A stretch of 64,000 bases of DNA. It comes from a bacterium (GTDB taxonomy: Bacteria; Patescibacteriota; Minisyncoccia; Phycocordibacterales; UBA9973). The position numbers and the translations under genes are program-made. The notes beneath the pieces are model-generated. The model searched no databases, was not told where the DNA came from, and worked only from the letters and a program-made list of their open reading frames with translations. The stretch lies in assembly GCA_037143195.1 (NCBI GenBank), contig JBAWZD010000002.1:72785-136784 (forward strand), given 5' to 3'. This document shows positions 1 through 9,684 of the stretch, piece after piece. Each line of letters starts with the position of its first letter. The first letter of the stretch is position 1.

Positions 1-90
1 CGTGTGGTACATGTGCACGGAGTCGACGGGTCGTACGGGGCTTGATTTTCATTAGGAGGTGCGTGTGAGATAATACAAATACTAAATTAT

Positions 91-1788
91 ATGGAAACAA
101 AAAACTGCCAAAATTGCCACCTTGATTTCGTTATTGACGAGCGCGACCAAAATTACTATCAAAAGATTGATGTTCCGCATCCCACGTGGTGTCCGAAATG
201 TCGTTTTGAGCGCCGCATGTCTACGCATAATGTATGGAGTGTATACTGGCGGAATTGTGCGAAATGCGAAAAGCGCACGCTTTCCATGTACAACAAAACT
301 GTTCCGATTGAGGTCTATTGTAATGATTGTTGGTGGAGTGATGAGTGGGATGGAACTGAATATGGAATGGAATATGATCCGACTCGAAACTTTTTTGAAC
401 AAGTATATGAGCTCTCAAGGAAGACACCTTGGGTGGCACAGGAAGTCCTCGCCCCAACAATGGTGAATTCTGAATTTTGTAACGGCGCATCATATTTGCG
501 TAATTGTTATCTAACATTTTGGGCTGATTATTCTGAAAATGTTTCCAATGCGTCAGTCATTCTTGAATTGAAAGATTCAACAGATTGTCTTCGTGCACGT
601 GAATCACAGCTTTGCTCGGAATCAATTGGCATCAACAAATGCTACCGGACATTTTACTCAGAGGAATGTGATGCATGTACGGATGTTTGGTTCTCTCGTA
701 ATTGTTACAATTGTACGAATTGCATTGGTTGTGTAAATGTACGAGATGCTTCGTACATGATTTTTAATGTTCAGTATTCCAAAGATGAATATCTGCAGAA
801 ACTTGCTGAATTTGGCTTCGATACATACTCAGGAATTGAGGCAATGAAATCATCTATAAATGAATTTTGGGATACACTGCCATATCGTGAATATACGGGG
901 AATTCGATGAATTTGAATGTTACCGGAGAATATATTTTTGAATCGAAAAATTCCGAAGACATGTATCTTTGTACCAGTGCGGAGGATTCTCGATATTGCC
1001 AGTTCGTCACCGTGCCTTCGGCAAAGGAATGTTATGACTACTCAGGGTGGGGTGCTGGTGCTGAGCGAATATATGAATCACATTCTACGGGGGAGAATGT
1101 TGCGAATGTTAAGTTTTCCTACTGTTCGTACACTGATTGTCTTGATGTTGAATATTCATGGTGGGTGATTTCTGGTAAACAAAATTTCGGCTGCGTGAAT
1201 TTGAAACGCAAAAAATATTGCATTTTGAATAAGGAATATTCCAAGGAAGAATACGAGAAATTGCGTGGAGAAATAATCGCTGACATGAAGAAGAATCCGT
1301 ATGTTGACGAGCAGGGAAGAACATGGACATATGGTGAATCGTTTCCGCTCATGATGAATCACTTTGGCTATAATGAATGTTCAGGGAGCAAATATGCACC
1401 GAAGACTAAAGAACAGGCTCTCGCCGAAGGATATCGTTGGTACGATGATGAACCTGCGCTGCATTCTGTGACGCTTCTAGCAAAAGATCTTCCACAAACC
1501 GTGACTACTACCGATGAATCGGTTTTACGGGAGATTATTGGTTGCGCAGAATGTGGACGTGGTTACAAGATTGGACAACTCGAGCTTTCACTTCTTCAGA
1601 AAATGCAGTTGCCGTTGCCTCACACATGTCCGTCTTGTCGCCAGAACGCCCGTTTTGAGCGATTGAACCCACCCGAGCTCTGGGATAGAAATTGTGCGAA
1701 ATGCTCAGGACCAATCAAGACCGCTTTTTCTCCAGAGGGTAGAGAGACCGTGTATTGTGTGAGTTGTTACCAACAAGAATTCGTCTAG
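91..1788 (+). CDS. Cys-rich zinc-ribbon protein of unknown function (paralog 1 of a tandem pair)
   Basis: 565-aa ORF with ATG start. CxxC...CxxC pairs lie at the N- and C-termini, with a central cluster C-x8-C-x2-C-x2-C-x-C (CTDVWFSRNCYNCTNCIGC). It is about 50% identical to the next ORF, and the C-terminal tail ...TVYCVSCYQQEFV is the same in both. Confidence 0.6.
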   Translation: METKNCQNCHLDFVIDERDQNYYQKIDVPHPTWCPKCRFERRMSTHNVWSVYWRNCAKCEKRTLSMYNKTVPIEVYCNDCWWSDEWDGTEYGMEYDPTRNFFEQVYELSRKTPWVAQEVLAPTMVNSEFCNGASYLRNCYLTFWADYSENVSNASVILELKDSTDCLRARESQLCSESIGINKCYRTFYSEECDACTDVWFSRNCYNCTNCIGCVNVRDASYMIFNVQYSKDEYLQKLAEFGFDTYSGIEAMKSSINEFWDTLPYREYTGNSMNLNVTGEYIFESKNSEDMYLCTSAEDSRYCQFVTVPSAKECYDYSGWGAGAERIYESHSTGENVANVKFSYCSYTDCLDVEYSWWVISGKQNFGCVNLKRKKYCILNKEYSKEEYEKLRGEIIADMKKNPYVDEQGRTWTYGESFPLMMNHFGYNECSGSKYAPKTKEQALAEGYRWYDDEPALHSVTLLAKDLPQTVTTTDESVLREIIGCAECGRGYKIGQLELSLLQKMQLPLPHTCPSCRQNARFERLNPPELWDRNCAKCSGPIKTAFSPEGRETVYCVSCYQQEFV

Positions 1789-1835
1789 TCCTTTTTGGTT
1801 AGGTGCTTTTGTGTGGCATACTACAAATACTCACT

Positions 1836-3533
1836 ATGGAAACAAAAAACTGCCAAAATTGCAAAAGAGAATTCACCATTACGGCGGAGGATGCGGACTA
1901 CTATTCGAAGATGAAAGTTCCGCAGCCACTTTGGTGTTCAGAATGTCGTCGTGTGCGACGATTCTCGTTCCAAAATACATGGAATCTCAATTGGAGGAAT
2001 TGCGACAAATGCGGAAACAGGACTTTGTCGCTCTTTCCTGCTGATCAACAACTGACTGTCTATTGTCAGCCGTGTTGGTGGAAGGATGACTGGGACGGGA
2101 CTGAATATGCGATGGAGTATGATCCGTCGCGACCATTTTTGGAGCAGATGCAGGAGCTCGCGCGAAAAACACCGTATTCTGCGCTGACGAGTTTGTACAC
2201 GAGTTTGAAAAATTCTGATTACTCAAACGCGCTTGCGTGGAGTAAAGATTGTTCGTTCGTTTTCTGGGCGGACTTTTGTGAGAACGTCTACAACTCTTCG
2301 CTCTTGAATACACTGAAAAATAGCGTGGACTGTCTCCGTGGATTTGATTCTGATCTTTGCTATGAATCAATCGGTTTTGAAAAATGTTACCGCACATTCT
2401 ATTCAGAAGAATGTGACAACTGTGTGGACGTTTGGTTTTCACGTAATTGCTATAATTGTACGAATTGTATTGGGTGTGCGAATGTGCGCGGAGAATCGTA
2501 TTGTATTTTTAATGTGAAATATAGCCGAGAAGAATATATGGCTCGTGTTGCAAGCATGCGACTCGATACTCGCGCGGGGATTGATGCGGTATACCAACAA
2601 GCTGATGCGTTCTGGCTTTCAAGGCCGTACCGCGAATACCATGGAAGTCCGCTCAATGTTGCCGTCTCAGGGGAATATGTGTACGAGTCCAAAAATTCTC
2701 ATGAGATGTATCTTGCGAATGGCGCGGAGGACTGCAAATGGGCGGAATTTATAACGGTGCATTCGGCGAAGGATTGTCGAGATTATTCTGGGTGGGGGAA
2801 TAACGCGTCAGAAATATATGAAGCGGTCACTGTCGGAGAGAATGCGAACTCAGTCATGTTTGCACTTGAGTGCTGGCCCGATGTCATGAATTTAGAGTAC
2901 TGTATTTGGAATACTGCAGGGAAGAATAATTTTGGGTGTGTGAATTTGAAACGCAAACAGCATTGTATTTTGAACAAAGAATATACGAAGGAACAATTTG
3001 AAATACTTCGCGCGCAGATAGTCGAAGACATGAAGGTGCGACCATATATTGATGCTCAGGGACGTGCCGTCCCATACGGAGAATTTTTCCCGCACGAATT
3101 GAGTAATTTCCCGTACAATAAATCGAATGCCATGCGCTTCTTTCCAAAGACGAAGGAACAAGCACTCGCCGAAGGCTATGCGTGGAGTGATGCGGTGGCG
3201 CCACTCGTCGCGAGTACTATTCGTGCAGAAGTATTGCCCGAAACGATTCTCGAAGCGGATGAGAGTATCCTGAAGGAAGCGATTGAGTGTAGCGAATGTG
3301 GCCGAGCATACCGAATCGCAAAAATGGAATATGATTTGCTTCAGAAAATGAATCTCCCGCTTCCGCATCACTGTTTGAAATGTCGTGAAAATCGTCGCTT
3401 TGGAAGAATGAATAAGCCGAAATTGTGGGAACGCAATTGTGCGAAGTGCGGATCTGACATACAAACTGCGTATGATCCAGACGGACCAGAGACAGTCTAT
3501 TGTGTGAGTTGTTACCAGCAGGAGTTTGTGTAA
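1836..3533 (+). CDS. Cys-rich zinc-ribbon protein of unknown function (paralog 2)
   Basis: The ORF track begins at 1803, but the ATG giving METKNCQNC... at 1836 aligns with paralog 1. The conserved Cys motifs are identical. A hairpin/T-run terminator follows at about 3536-3573. Confidence 0.6.
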   Translation: METKNCQNCKREFTITAEDADYYSKMKVPQPLWCSECRRVRRFSFQNTWNLNWRNCDKCGNRTLSLFPADQQLTVYCQPCWWKDDWDGTEYAMEYDPSRPFLEQMQELARKTPYSALTSLYTSLKNSDYSNALAWSKDCSFVFWADFCENVYNSSLLNTLKNSVDCLRGFDSDLCYESIGFEKCYRTFYSEECDNCVDVWFSRNCYNCTNCIGCANVRGESYCIFNVKYSREEYMARVASMRLDTRAGIDAVYQQADAFWLSRPYREYHGSPLNVAVSGEYVYESKNSHEMYLANGAEDCKWAEFITVHSAKDCRDYSGWGNNASEIYEAVTVGENANSVMFALECWPDVMNLEYCIWNTAGKNNFGCVNLKRKQHCILNKEYTKEQFEILRAQIVEDMKVRPYIDAQGRAVPYGEFFPHELSNFPYNKSNAMRFFPKTKEQALAEGYAWSDAVAPLVASTIRAEVLPETILEADESILKEAIECSECGRAYRIAKMEYDLLQKMNLPLPHHCLKCRENRRFGRMNKPKLWERNCAKCGSDIQTAYDPDGPETVYCVSCYQQEFV

Positions 3534-3590
3534 ATGAAAAACGGCAGACCATATGGAGGTCTGCCGTTTTTTAATTTTGAGGCGCACGGA

Positions 3591-3989
3591 TTATACTCGA
3601 ACTTCTTGCCAAACGATTTCTGTGCAGTTGAAGTACTCTTTCGTGAAGGCAACTGCTTTTTCGTTGTCGAAGGGTTTACAAGTATACGCATCAACTGAGA
3701 CGAGACATTGGTCGGCTTTGCCTGTGACACTCCCTGAACCGGTCGTTACTGCTGGGTACGTGTACACATGTACGCCCGAAGTGACCCAATGTTGCCAGCC
3801 ACCATATCCCATATTGCCAGCAATATATGCAAGCGCTTGTCCGAGTGGGCGCATGCCAACTAGTTTGGTGAGTTTACTCATAAAATCCTTGATGTCGTCT
3901 TCTGTATAGAGACGATCGGTGAGGCCCTCTATCATGATGCGTTGACGAGGGAGTTTTGGGGCGAGATTGTACCAATTTTTAAATTCCAT
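3591..3989 (-). CDS. S-adenosylmethionine decarboxylase proenzyme-like (pyruvoyl-dependent, SpeH/SpeD family)
   Basis: 132 aa. The motif ...VTSGVHVYTYP...VSVDAYTCKPFD resembles the SpeH self-cleavage and active-site region (ESHISIHTWPE...VDIFTCG). Confidence 0.5.
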   Translation of the reverse strand: MEFKNWYNLAPKLPRQRIMIEGLTDRLYTEDDIKDFMSKLTKLVGMRPLGQALAYIAGNMGYGGWQHWVTSGVHVYTYPAVTTGSGSVTGKADQCLVSVDAYTCKPFDNEKAVAFTKEYFNCTEIVWQEVRV

Positions 3990-4106
3990 AACGTTTGTTT
4001 CTCAAATTCTGCTTTTTATTAAACAAATGTCTAATTTATTAGCTATTTTCAATATAAAGTAAATAAATACTTTACTTTATGACGCACATTTTGGTATGGT
4101 TATTGT

Positions 4107-4949
4107 GTGAAAATATCGAGCACTCGAATCGAAGACGAAGTTATCGCTCTTATTCAAAAACGTTCCATGACAGCAATGGAAATTTTGCAGGGTGTTCGAG
4201 TGGCTCGCCCAAAGACAACAAAGCAGGCCGTGTATTTGGCGATTCGGAATTTGAAACATAGAGAAATCGTGACAATACATGCGAAGCTCGTCTCGCTCTC
4301 GCGAATCTGGATTGACCAAATGGCAGATTTTTATATCTTTGCTCGAAAACAGTATGCTGAGTCGTCAGTGGCAGATAGTGGGTACTTAAATCTAGAAGAA
4401 AAAGATCGAATCACGTATTCATTTAAAAATCCGATCACGACGGATGTATTTTGGGCTCACACGCTCAGTGTACTTACAGAAATTACTCCGCAGAGTGAGC
4501 CAGTCTACATATGGAATCAGCATGAATGGTTTTTCTTGGCACACAGGGAGAGCGAGAGAGCATTGTTTCGCAATATGCGTGAGAAGCGAAAAAGAACGTA
4601 TGTCTTGTCGGCACACAAGAATCATATCGATATGCATGTCGCGAAGGAGTTTGATGGAGACTGGGCACAGTATTACGCACTCGGAGAGCAATTGTTTGCG
4701 AAGCCAAATTATTACACGAACGTAGTTGGAGATTATATTCTGGAAGTTTGGCTCGACGAGAAGATCCAAAGTTCTATCGATTCATTTTACGAGAACTATA
4801 CGTTGCCTACGGAGGAAGCGATTCACGAAATTCAGAGAATCACACGAGAAACAGGGCGAACAAAACTGCGGATTTCGAAAAACAAAAAAAGGGCGAAAGA
4901 AATAAAAAAAATCTTTAGTAAATATTTTCTGATTAAAAACGACAAATAA
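4107..4949 (+). CDS. hypothetical protein, possible N-terminal winged-helix domain
   Basis: 280-aa ORF with a GTG start. A Lys-rich C-terminus is followed by a bidirectional terminator at 4949-5000. Confidence 0.4.
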   Translation: MKISSTRIEDEVIALIQKRSMTAMEILQGVRVARPKTTKQAVYLAIRNLKHREIVTIHAKLVSLSRIWIDQMADFYIFARKQYAESSVADSGYLNLEEKDRITYSFKNPITTDVFWAHTLSVLTEITPQSEPVYIWNQHEWFFLAHRESERALFRNMREKRKRTYVLSAHKNHIDMHVAKEFDGDWAQYYALGEQLFAKPNYYTNVVGDYILEVWLDEKIQSSIDSFYENYTLPTEEAIHEIQRITRETGRTKLRISKNKKRAKEIKKIFSKYFLIKNDK

Positions 4950-5000
4950 AAAACGCCCTCTTTTCCAAACAATCGAAGGAAAAGAGGGCGTTTTTTTATT
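4949..5000. terminator. bidirectional rho-independent terminator
   Basis: AAAAAACGCCCTCTTTTCC...GGAAAAGAGGGCGTTTTTTT lies between convergent genes. Confidence 0.6.
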
Positions 5001-5004
5001 TCTA

Positions 5005-6534
5005 CTATCTCGCGTATTCGATGATGCGTGTCTCGCGAATCATAGTGACTTTGATTTCACCTGGATACTTGAGTTCAGCTTCAATCTTCTTGGCGATATC
5101 GCGAGCCATTTCTTTGGCTTCGACGTCGCTCACTTTTTCTGGAGTAACGAAGATGCGAATTTCGCGTCCAGCTGAAAGTGCGTATGACTTCTCGATATTT
5201 GGGAATGCGTTGACGAGCGATTCCATTTCTTGCAAGCGCTTGAGGTAATTCTCAACACTGTCGCGTCGAGCACCTGGACGGCCACCTGAAATATTGTCGG
5301 CTGTCTGCACGATGACGGCTTCGATTGATTCGTGCGGGCAGTCGTCGTGGTGACTCTTCATTGCAACTACAACGCGTGGATCAGCACCAAACTTCTGAAG
5401 AATACGGATACCGATTTCAATGTGTGTACCTTGGACTTCATGGTCGAGTGCCTTTCCGATGTCGTGTACAAGAGCACCTTGTTTTGCGACAGCAACATCG
5501 GCGCCGAGTTCTTCAGCCATCATTCCGGCGATATGTGCCATCTCAACTGAGTGCTGGAGAACGTTTTGTCCGTAACTTGTTCGGAAATACAATCGTCCCA
5601 AAATAGCAATGATACGAGGATCGAAATTGAAGATACCACATTCGTACACTGCCTGTTCACCTTTTTCCTTGATGATTTTGTTGATATCATCCTTTGCTTT
5701 AGTGACGACTTCTTCAATCTTGGCTGGCTGGATGCGTCCGTCGAGAATGAGATTTTCAAGTGCGACGCGGGCGATCTGACGGCGAACTGGGTCGAAGGCT
5801 GAAATGATGATTGTTCCAGGTGTCTCATCGACGATGAGCTCAACTCCAGCAGCACGTTCAAAGGCGCGAATATTACGTCCTTCTTTTCCAATGATCTTGC
5901 CCTTGATGTCGTCAGATGGGATCGCGACGTTTGTTGTCATTATCTCAGCTGCCGTACTTGAGGCGAGACGTTGAATCGAAGTTGCGAGGATATCCTTTGC
6001 ACGGCGACCGAGACGTTCCTCGGCATTTTGCTCCAATTTCTGCATGCGAACCATGAGATCTTCCTCGCTATCACGCTCGATCTCTTGGATGAGCTGATTC
6101 TTGGCATCGTCACGTGAAAGCCCCGCCACTTTTTCGAGTGTCGAGACGCGTTCGGCGAGCAAATTGTCGGCACGTTCCTTGATCTTCTTGATTTCTTCGA
6201 TCTTGCCCTTTTGAATCTCTGATTCCTTGTCGATTTCTGTCTGGCGCGCGTCAAGGAGCTCTTCTTTTTTGATGAGGCGCTCCTCAGTACGCTTGAAATC
6301 CTCGGCTTTTCGGCGTTCCGTCATACGGATGTCCGAATCAGCTTCGTCTGCCTTCTTCTTGGCCTCGTCGAGAATGCGCTGAGCTTCCTCCTTCGCACCG
6401 ACGAGCATCTGCTTGATATCTATCTCAATCGAGCGTCGCTTGCCGAGGGCGGTGACTTTGCGGAGATAGTATCCACCTGCCACGCCTCCTGCGAGAGCGA
6501 TTATAACGATGAGCAATACAATAAATGTACTCAT
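5005..6534 (-). CDS. rny: ribonuclease Y
   Basis: N-terminal TM helix, long coiled coil, KH region, and HD domain (LQHSVEMAHIAGMMAEELGADVAVAKQGALVHDIGKA). Confidence 0.9.
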   Translation of the reverse strand: MSTFIVLLIVIIALAGGVAGGYYLRKVTALGKRRSIEIDIKQMLVGAKEEAQRILDEAKKKADEADSDIRMTERRKAEDFKRTEERLIKKEELLDARQTEIDKESEIQKGKIEEIKKIKERADNLLAERVSTLEKVAGLSRDDAKNQLIQEIERDSEEDLMVRMQKLEQNAEERLGRRAKDILATSIQRLASSTAAEIMTTNVAIPSDDIKGKIIGKEGRNIRAFERAAGVELIVDETPGTIIISAFDPVRRQIARVALENLILDGRIQPAKIEEVVTKAKDDINKIIKEKGEQAVYECGIFNFDPRIIAILGRLYFRTSYGQNVLQHSVEMAHIAGMMAEELGADVAVAKQGALVHDIGKALDHEVQGTHIEIGIRILQKFGADPRVVVAMKSHHDDCPHESIEAVIVQTADNISGGRPGARRDSVENYLKRLQEMESLVNAFPNIEKSYALSAGREIRIFVTPEKVSDVEAKEMARDIAKKIEAELKYPGEIKVTMIRETRIIEYAR

Positions 6535-6756
6535 ACACGACCTGTAGCCGGTCGTCTAGAAAACGCTTCGAATAGTTCGAATCAAAATGACGGAATATGG
6601 GGAGCACACAATGCGGGAAGTCCTGAGATTCATAATGGTTTGAAGAGTAAACGGGGCTTTTTCTGTACGAACGGCCAAACTAATATACTAAAGTTCGATA
6701 TTCATAGAATACCAGAGCTTTGGCGGAATGTCGAGAAATGGTGCTGTATAGCACAA

Positions 6757-6790
6757 AAAACCACCGCGTGAGCGGTGGTTTTTTGTGCGT
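6757..6790 (-). terminator. rho-independent terminator after clpP
   Basis: AAAAAACCACCGCGTGAGCGGTGGTTTTTTG. Confidence 0.6.
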
Positions 6791-6802
6791 CATGTGTTTC
6801 AG

Positions 6803-7393
6803 TTATTTCCCGTTCTTTGACTTCACAACAATCTCGTCGATGATGCCATATTTCTTGGCTTCGTCGGCGCTCATGTAGTAGTCGCGATCAGAATCTTTTT
6901 CAACTTGAACGATTGGCTTGCCCGTATTCTTCGAGAGAATCTTGTTGAGATTTTCTTTGGTGCGAAGAATATGTTTCGCCACGATTGCGATATCAGATGC
7001 TTGGCCTTCTGCGCCACCCATGACTTGGTGAATCATCACCTCAGAATTTGGGAGACAGAATCGCTTACCCTTCGCACCGCTCGAGAGGAGGACGGCAGCA
7101 GCCGATGCGGCGATACCGACACACACAGTCGAAACATCGGGTTTGATGTGATTCATCGTGTCGTAGATTGCCATTGCAGCGGTGACTGAACCACCTGGGG
7201 AATTGATATAGAGTTTAATATCTTTTTTCGGGTCTTCGTTTTCAAGGAAGAGCAATTGAGCAATGACGATGTTTGCCATGTGGTCATCAATCGCTCCACC
7301 GAGGAAGATGATACGTTCGCGCAAGAGACGCGAGTAGATATCGTACGCGCGTTCGCCAAACTGACTTTTTTCGATGACTGTTGGGATGAGCAT
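6803..7393 (-). CDS. clpP: ATP-dependent Clp protease proteolytic subunit
   Basis: [10 protein letters not shown]...[19 protein letters not shown]...MIHQVMGG contains the Ser/His/Asp triad context. A terminator lies downstream at about 6757-6790. Confidence 0.9.
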   Translation of the reverse strand: MLIPTVIEKSQFGERAYDIYSRLLRERIIFLGGAIDDHMANIVIAQLLFLENEDPKKDIKLYINSPGGSVTAAMAIYDTMNHIKPDVSTVCVGIAASAAAVLLSSGAKGKRFCLPNSEVMIHQVMGGAEGQASDIAIVAKHILRTKENLNKILSKNTGKPIVQVEKDSDRDYYMSADEAKKYGIIDEIVVKSKNGK

Positions 7394-7457
7394 ATAAGGT
7401 AAGTGTTACTAATAATGTTTTCTGACTATACCACAAAAATATAGAGAGTGTCGCCAA

Positions 7458-7560
7458 ATCAAAATACGTTTTGAGAAGGCCTCGCGCAGGCCCTTCGGGG
7501 GCCGAGCGGCGATGCTCGCGAGCACGCGAGACAGCGTTGCCTTTCAAAACGTATTTTGAT
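7458..7560. repeat. 63-bp-family dispersed repeat, diverged copy, inside 17-bp perfect inverted repeat
   Basis: ATCAAAATACGTTTTGA arms. The loop carries GAAGGCC...GCTCGCGAGCACGCGAGAC...GTTGCC, related to the 63-bp core. Confidence 0.6.
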
Positions 7561-7577
7561 ACTGGCCACTCTGTTTT

Positions 7578-8621
7578 TTATTGCTGAGCTTCGAGGAACT
7601 TAAAGATTTCTTCGTTGAGCATCATGTGCGCAACATACATGCGAGCACGGAGTGGGTCTGCGTCCTGATATGTTTGGATGAGACGCTTGGTTTCGTTTTC
7701 AACTTCTTCGGCTTTTGGTTCGAGTTTTTCTGCTTTTGCGATTTCCATCATGATGAGCTCGGTCTTTGCGCGCTTCTCAGCATCAGGAAGCAAATCTTTT
7801 TGAATATCAGCTTCTGACTTTTGTACGTGTTTGAGATATTCTTCAAACGGGATTCCAGCTTGAGCAATATCTGCCTTGAGACGATTGATGAGATTTTCTG
7901 CTTCGTTCTCAATGAGTACTTGAGGAATTTCGATTGTTGTTGCTTCAGCTATCTTTTCAAGTGTTGCGATACGGCGCTTCTCAAGATCGCGCGCGATTTT
8001 TTCTGCCTTGATATTTTCGCGGAATTTTGTTTTGAATGCATCCACGTTTTCGAACTCTCCGAGCAATTTTACATATTCGTCATCGAGTGTTGCATCGAAT
8101 TCAAGTTTCTCAAATTCAGCATGATCATGTTTCTCACCTGACTGATGAATCTCATTGTGCTTGCGAGCCTTTTTGAGTTCTTTTATTGCCTCGTCGAGCT
8201 CTGCGTCAGTGACAGTTACATCGGCAACAGTTTTGTTTTCAACTGCTGCGATCTTTTTGTATTCAGGAAGTTTGACTTCTGGAAGAGTCGCAACGACTGC
8301 AGTAAATTCGAGGTCGTTGTCTTTTGCGAGTTTGGTGAGCGTGATTGATGGGCGACCAATCGCGTCAATCTTCTCGTCCTTCAAAATCTTTGGGAAATGT
8401 TCATTGATCGCAATATCTGCCATCTCCTCAAGGAGCATCATTGGGTTGAGCTCTTTTTCAAGAATGTTTGCTGGTACCTTGCCTTTGCGGAATCCTGGGA
8501 TTTCGACGTGTTCGCCGGCGCGACTGAGTGCTTTTGCACGGTAGCTTTCAAATACTTCGGCTGGGATTACGACTTCAATCTGGGTTTCGCTCTTTGGTAA
8601 TTTTTTGATTGTATTTTTCAT
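7578..8621 (-). CDS. tig: trigger factor (short form)
   Basis: The N-terminal ribosome-binding domain carries the GFRKGKVP signature. At 347 aa the protein is short, which suggests loss of the PPIase domain. Confidence 0.8.
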   Translation of the reverse strand: MKNTIKKLPKSETQIEVVIPAEVFESYRAKALSRAGEHVEIPGFRKGKVPANILEKELNPMMLLEEMADIAINEHFPKILKDEKIDAIGRPSITLTKLAKDNDLEFTAVVATLPEVKLPEYKKIAAVENKTVADVTVTDAELDEAIKELKKARKHNEIHQSGEKHDHAEFEKLEFDATLDDEYVKLLGEFENVDAFKTKFRENIKAEKIARDLEKRRIATLEKIAEATTIEIPQVLIENEAENLINRLKADIAQAGIPFEEYLKHVQKSEADIQKDLLPDAEKRAKTELIMMEIAKAEKLEPKAEEVENETKRLIQTYQDADPLRARMYVAHMMLNEEIFKFLEAQQ

Positions 8622-8656
8622 GGTTTTCGCATACTAACACAAAAATCAAGCAGGAA

Positions 8657-8771
8657 CAAAAGCACACGCGCCTCCTTTGAAAAGGCAACCCGTTCCGCGT
8701 GCTCGCGGCCGGGCTTCTCGGCGCCAAGCGCCTGCGAAAGGCCTTCTTCAAAGGAGGCGCGTGTGCTTTTG
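8657..8771. repeat. 63-bp-family dispersed repeat copy (8684-8746) inside 25-bp perfect inverted repeat
   Basis: GGCAACCCGTTCCGCGTGCTCGCGGCCGGGCTTCTCGGCGCCAAGCGCCTGCGAAAGGCCTTC is flanked by CAAAAGCACACGCGCCTCCTTTGAA and its reverse complement. Confidence 0.7.
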
Positions 8772-8789
8772 TTTGTTGCTCGTTCGAGT

Positions 8790-8996
8790 TTAGTTTGTGA
8801 GAGACCCTGCGGCGTTGGCGTCGAGGTTGAGGCCGGCTTCGGCGGCGGTTTTGGCTTGGTGATTTTGGATGAGGTCAGTTTGTTTGCGCACGTTTTGGTA
8901 GAGGAAGTAGCCTGCGACAATCAAGATGGCGAGGATGATGACAATACCGGCGAGGGCACCACCGTTTTCTTTTGTTTTGCGCGCGCTTCCTTTCAT
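8790..8996 (-). CDS. small single-pass membrane protein
   Basis: The ATG at 8996 gives MKGSARKTKENGGALAGIVIILAILIVAGYFLY.... One TM helix is present. The longer ORF in the track has no support upstream of this ATG. Confidence 0.4.
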   Translation of the reverse strand: MKGSARKTKENGGALAGIVIILAILIVAGYFLYQNVRKQTDLIQNHQAKTAAEAGLNLDANAAGSLTN

Positions 8997-9038
8997 ATAC
9001 TCTGAGTATATACAATTTTCCGAAAAATGAAAGAAAAA

Positions 9039-9072
9039 ATCACGCACCAATTCGGTGCGTGATTTTTTCGTA
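9039..9072 (-). terminator. rho-independent terminator after ppa
   Basis: AAAAAATCACGCACCAATTCGGTGCGTGATTTTTT. Confidence 0.55.
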
Positions 9073-9082
9073 ATCCCCTCTG

Positions 9083-9667
9083 TTATTTTACTTTCGGAGC
9101 GTAGTTTTTTGCATACACATCGACACATTCTTTGATGACCTTCATTGCTTCTTCTGGTCCATAGAATGTTTCGACGACACCAGTACCTGGTTTCTTGAGT
9201 GCTTTGTAATTCTCCCAGTAGTATTGTGTCTGCTTTTTGAAATATTCTCCGAGCTGATCGACATGCGTGATGTGATCTTGGCGCTTGTCTTCACTGATGA
9301 CGGCGATGATTTTGTCATCAACTTCACCTCCATCGATATATTTCATGATACCGATGACGCGGAGTTCAACGACTGATCCTGGCACGAGTGGCTCAGTGAC
9401 ATTCACGACTTCAATATCGAGTGGGTCGTTGTCCTGATCCCATGTCATTGGAATCGCTCCGTAAGTGAATGGATATGCCATTGAAGAATATCCAACACGA
9501 TCGAGTTTGAGCTGACCACTCTCGGTGATGAGTTCGTACTTGTTGATAGATCCAGCAGAGACTTCGACGATTGCATTGATGATGCACTTTGATTCATCGA
9601 CGACGGCTGGGAGTACGTGCAACAAATTGAGCATGTACTTTGATGGTTCGTGATTGATGTTTGCCAT
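9083..9667 (-). CDS. ppa: inorganic pyrophosphatase (family I)
   Basis: Carries the family I pyrophosphatase fold motifs, e.g. DPLDIEVV...GSVVELRVIGIMKYIDGGEVDDKIIAV. Confidence 0.85.
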   Translation of the reverse strand: MANINHEPSKYMLNLLHVLPAVVDESKCIINAIVEVSAGSINKYELITESGQLKLDRVGYSSMAYPFTYGAIPMTWDQDNDPLDIEVVNVTEPLVPGSVVELRVIGIMKYIDGGEVDDKIIAVISEDKRQDHITHVDQLGEYFKKQTQYYWENYKALKKPGTGVVETFYGPEEAMKVIKECVDVYAKNYAPKVK

Positions 9668-9684
9668 ATGCTTCTATTATATGA

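Noticed and set aside
2892-3587. 231-aa ORF on the minus strand
   Set aside because: It is entirely antisense to the well-supported Cys-rich paralog 2 and has no motifs. It is a typical shadow ORF of a GC-skewed coding region.
3553-3909. 118-aa plus-strand ORF
   Set aside because: It is antisense to the AdoMetDC-like gene, which has recognisable catalytic motifs.
8155-8544. 129-aa Ser-rich ORF on the plus strand
   Set aside because: It is antisense to tig, low-complexity, and lacks a start context.
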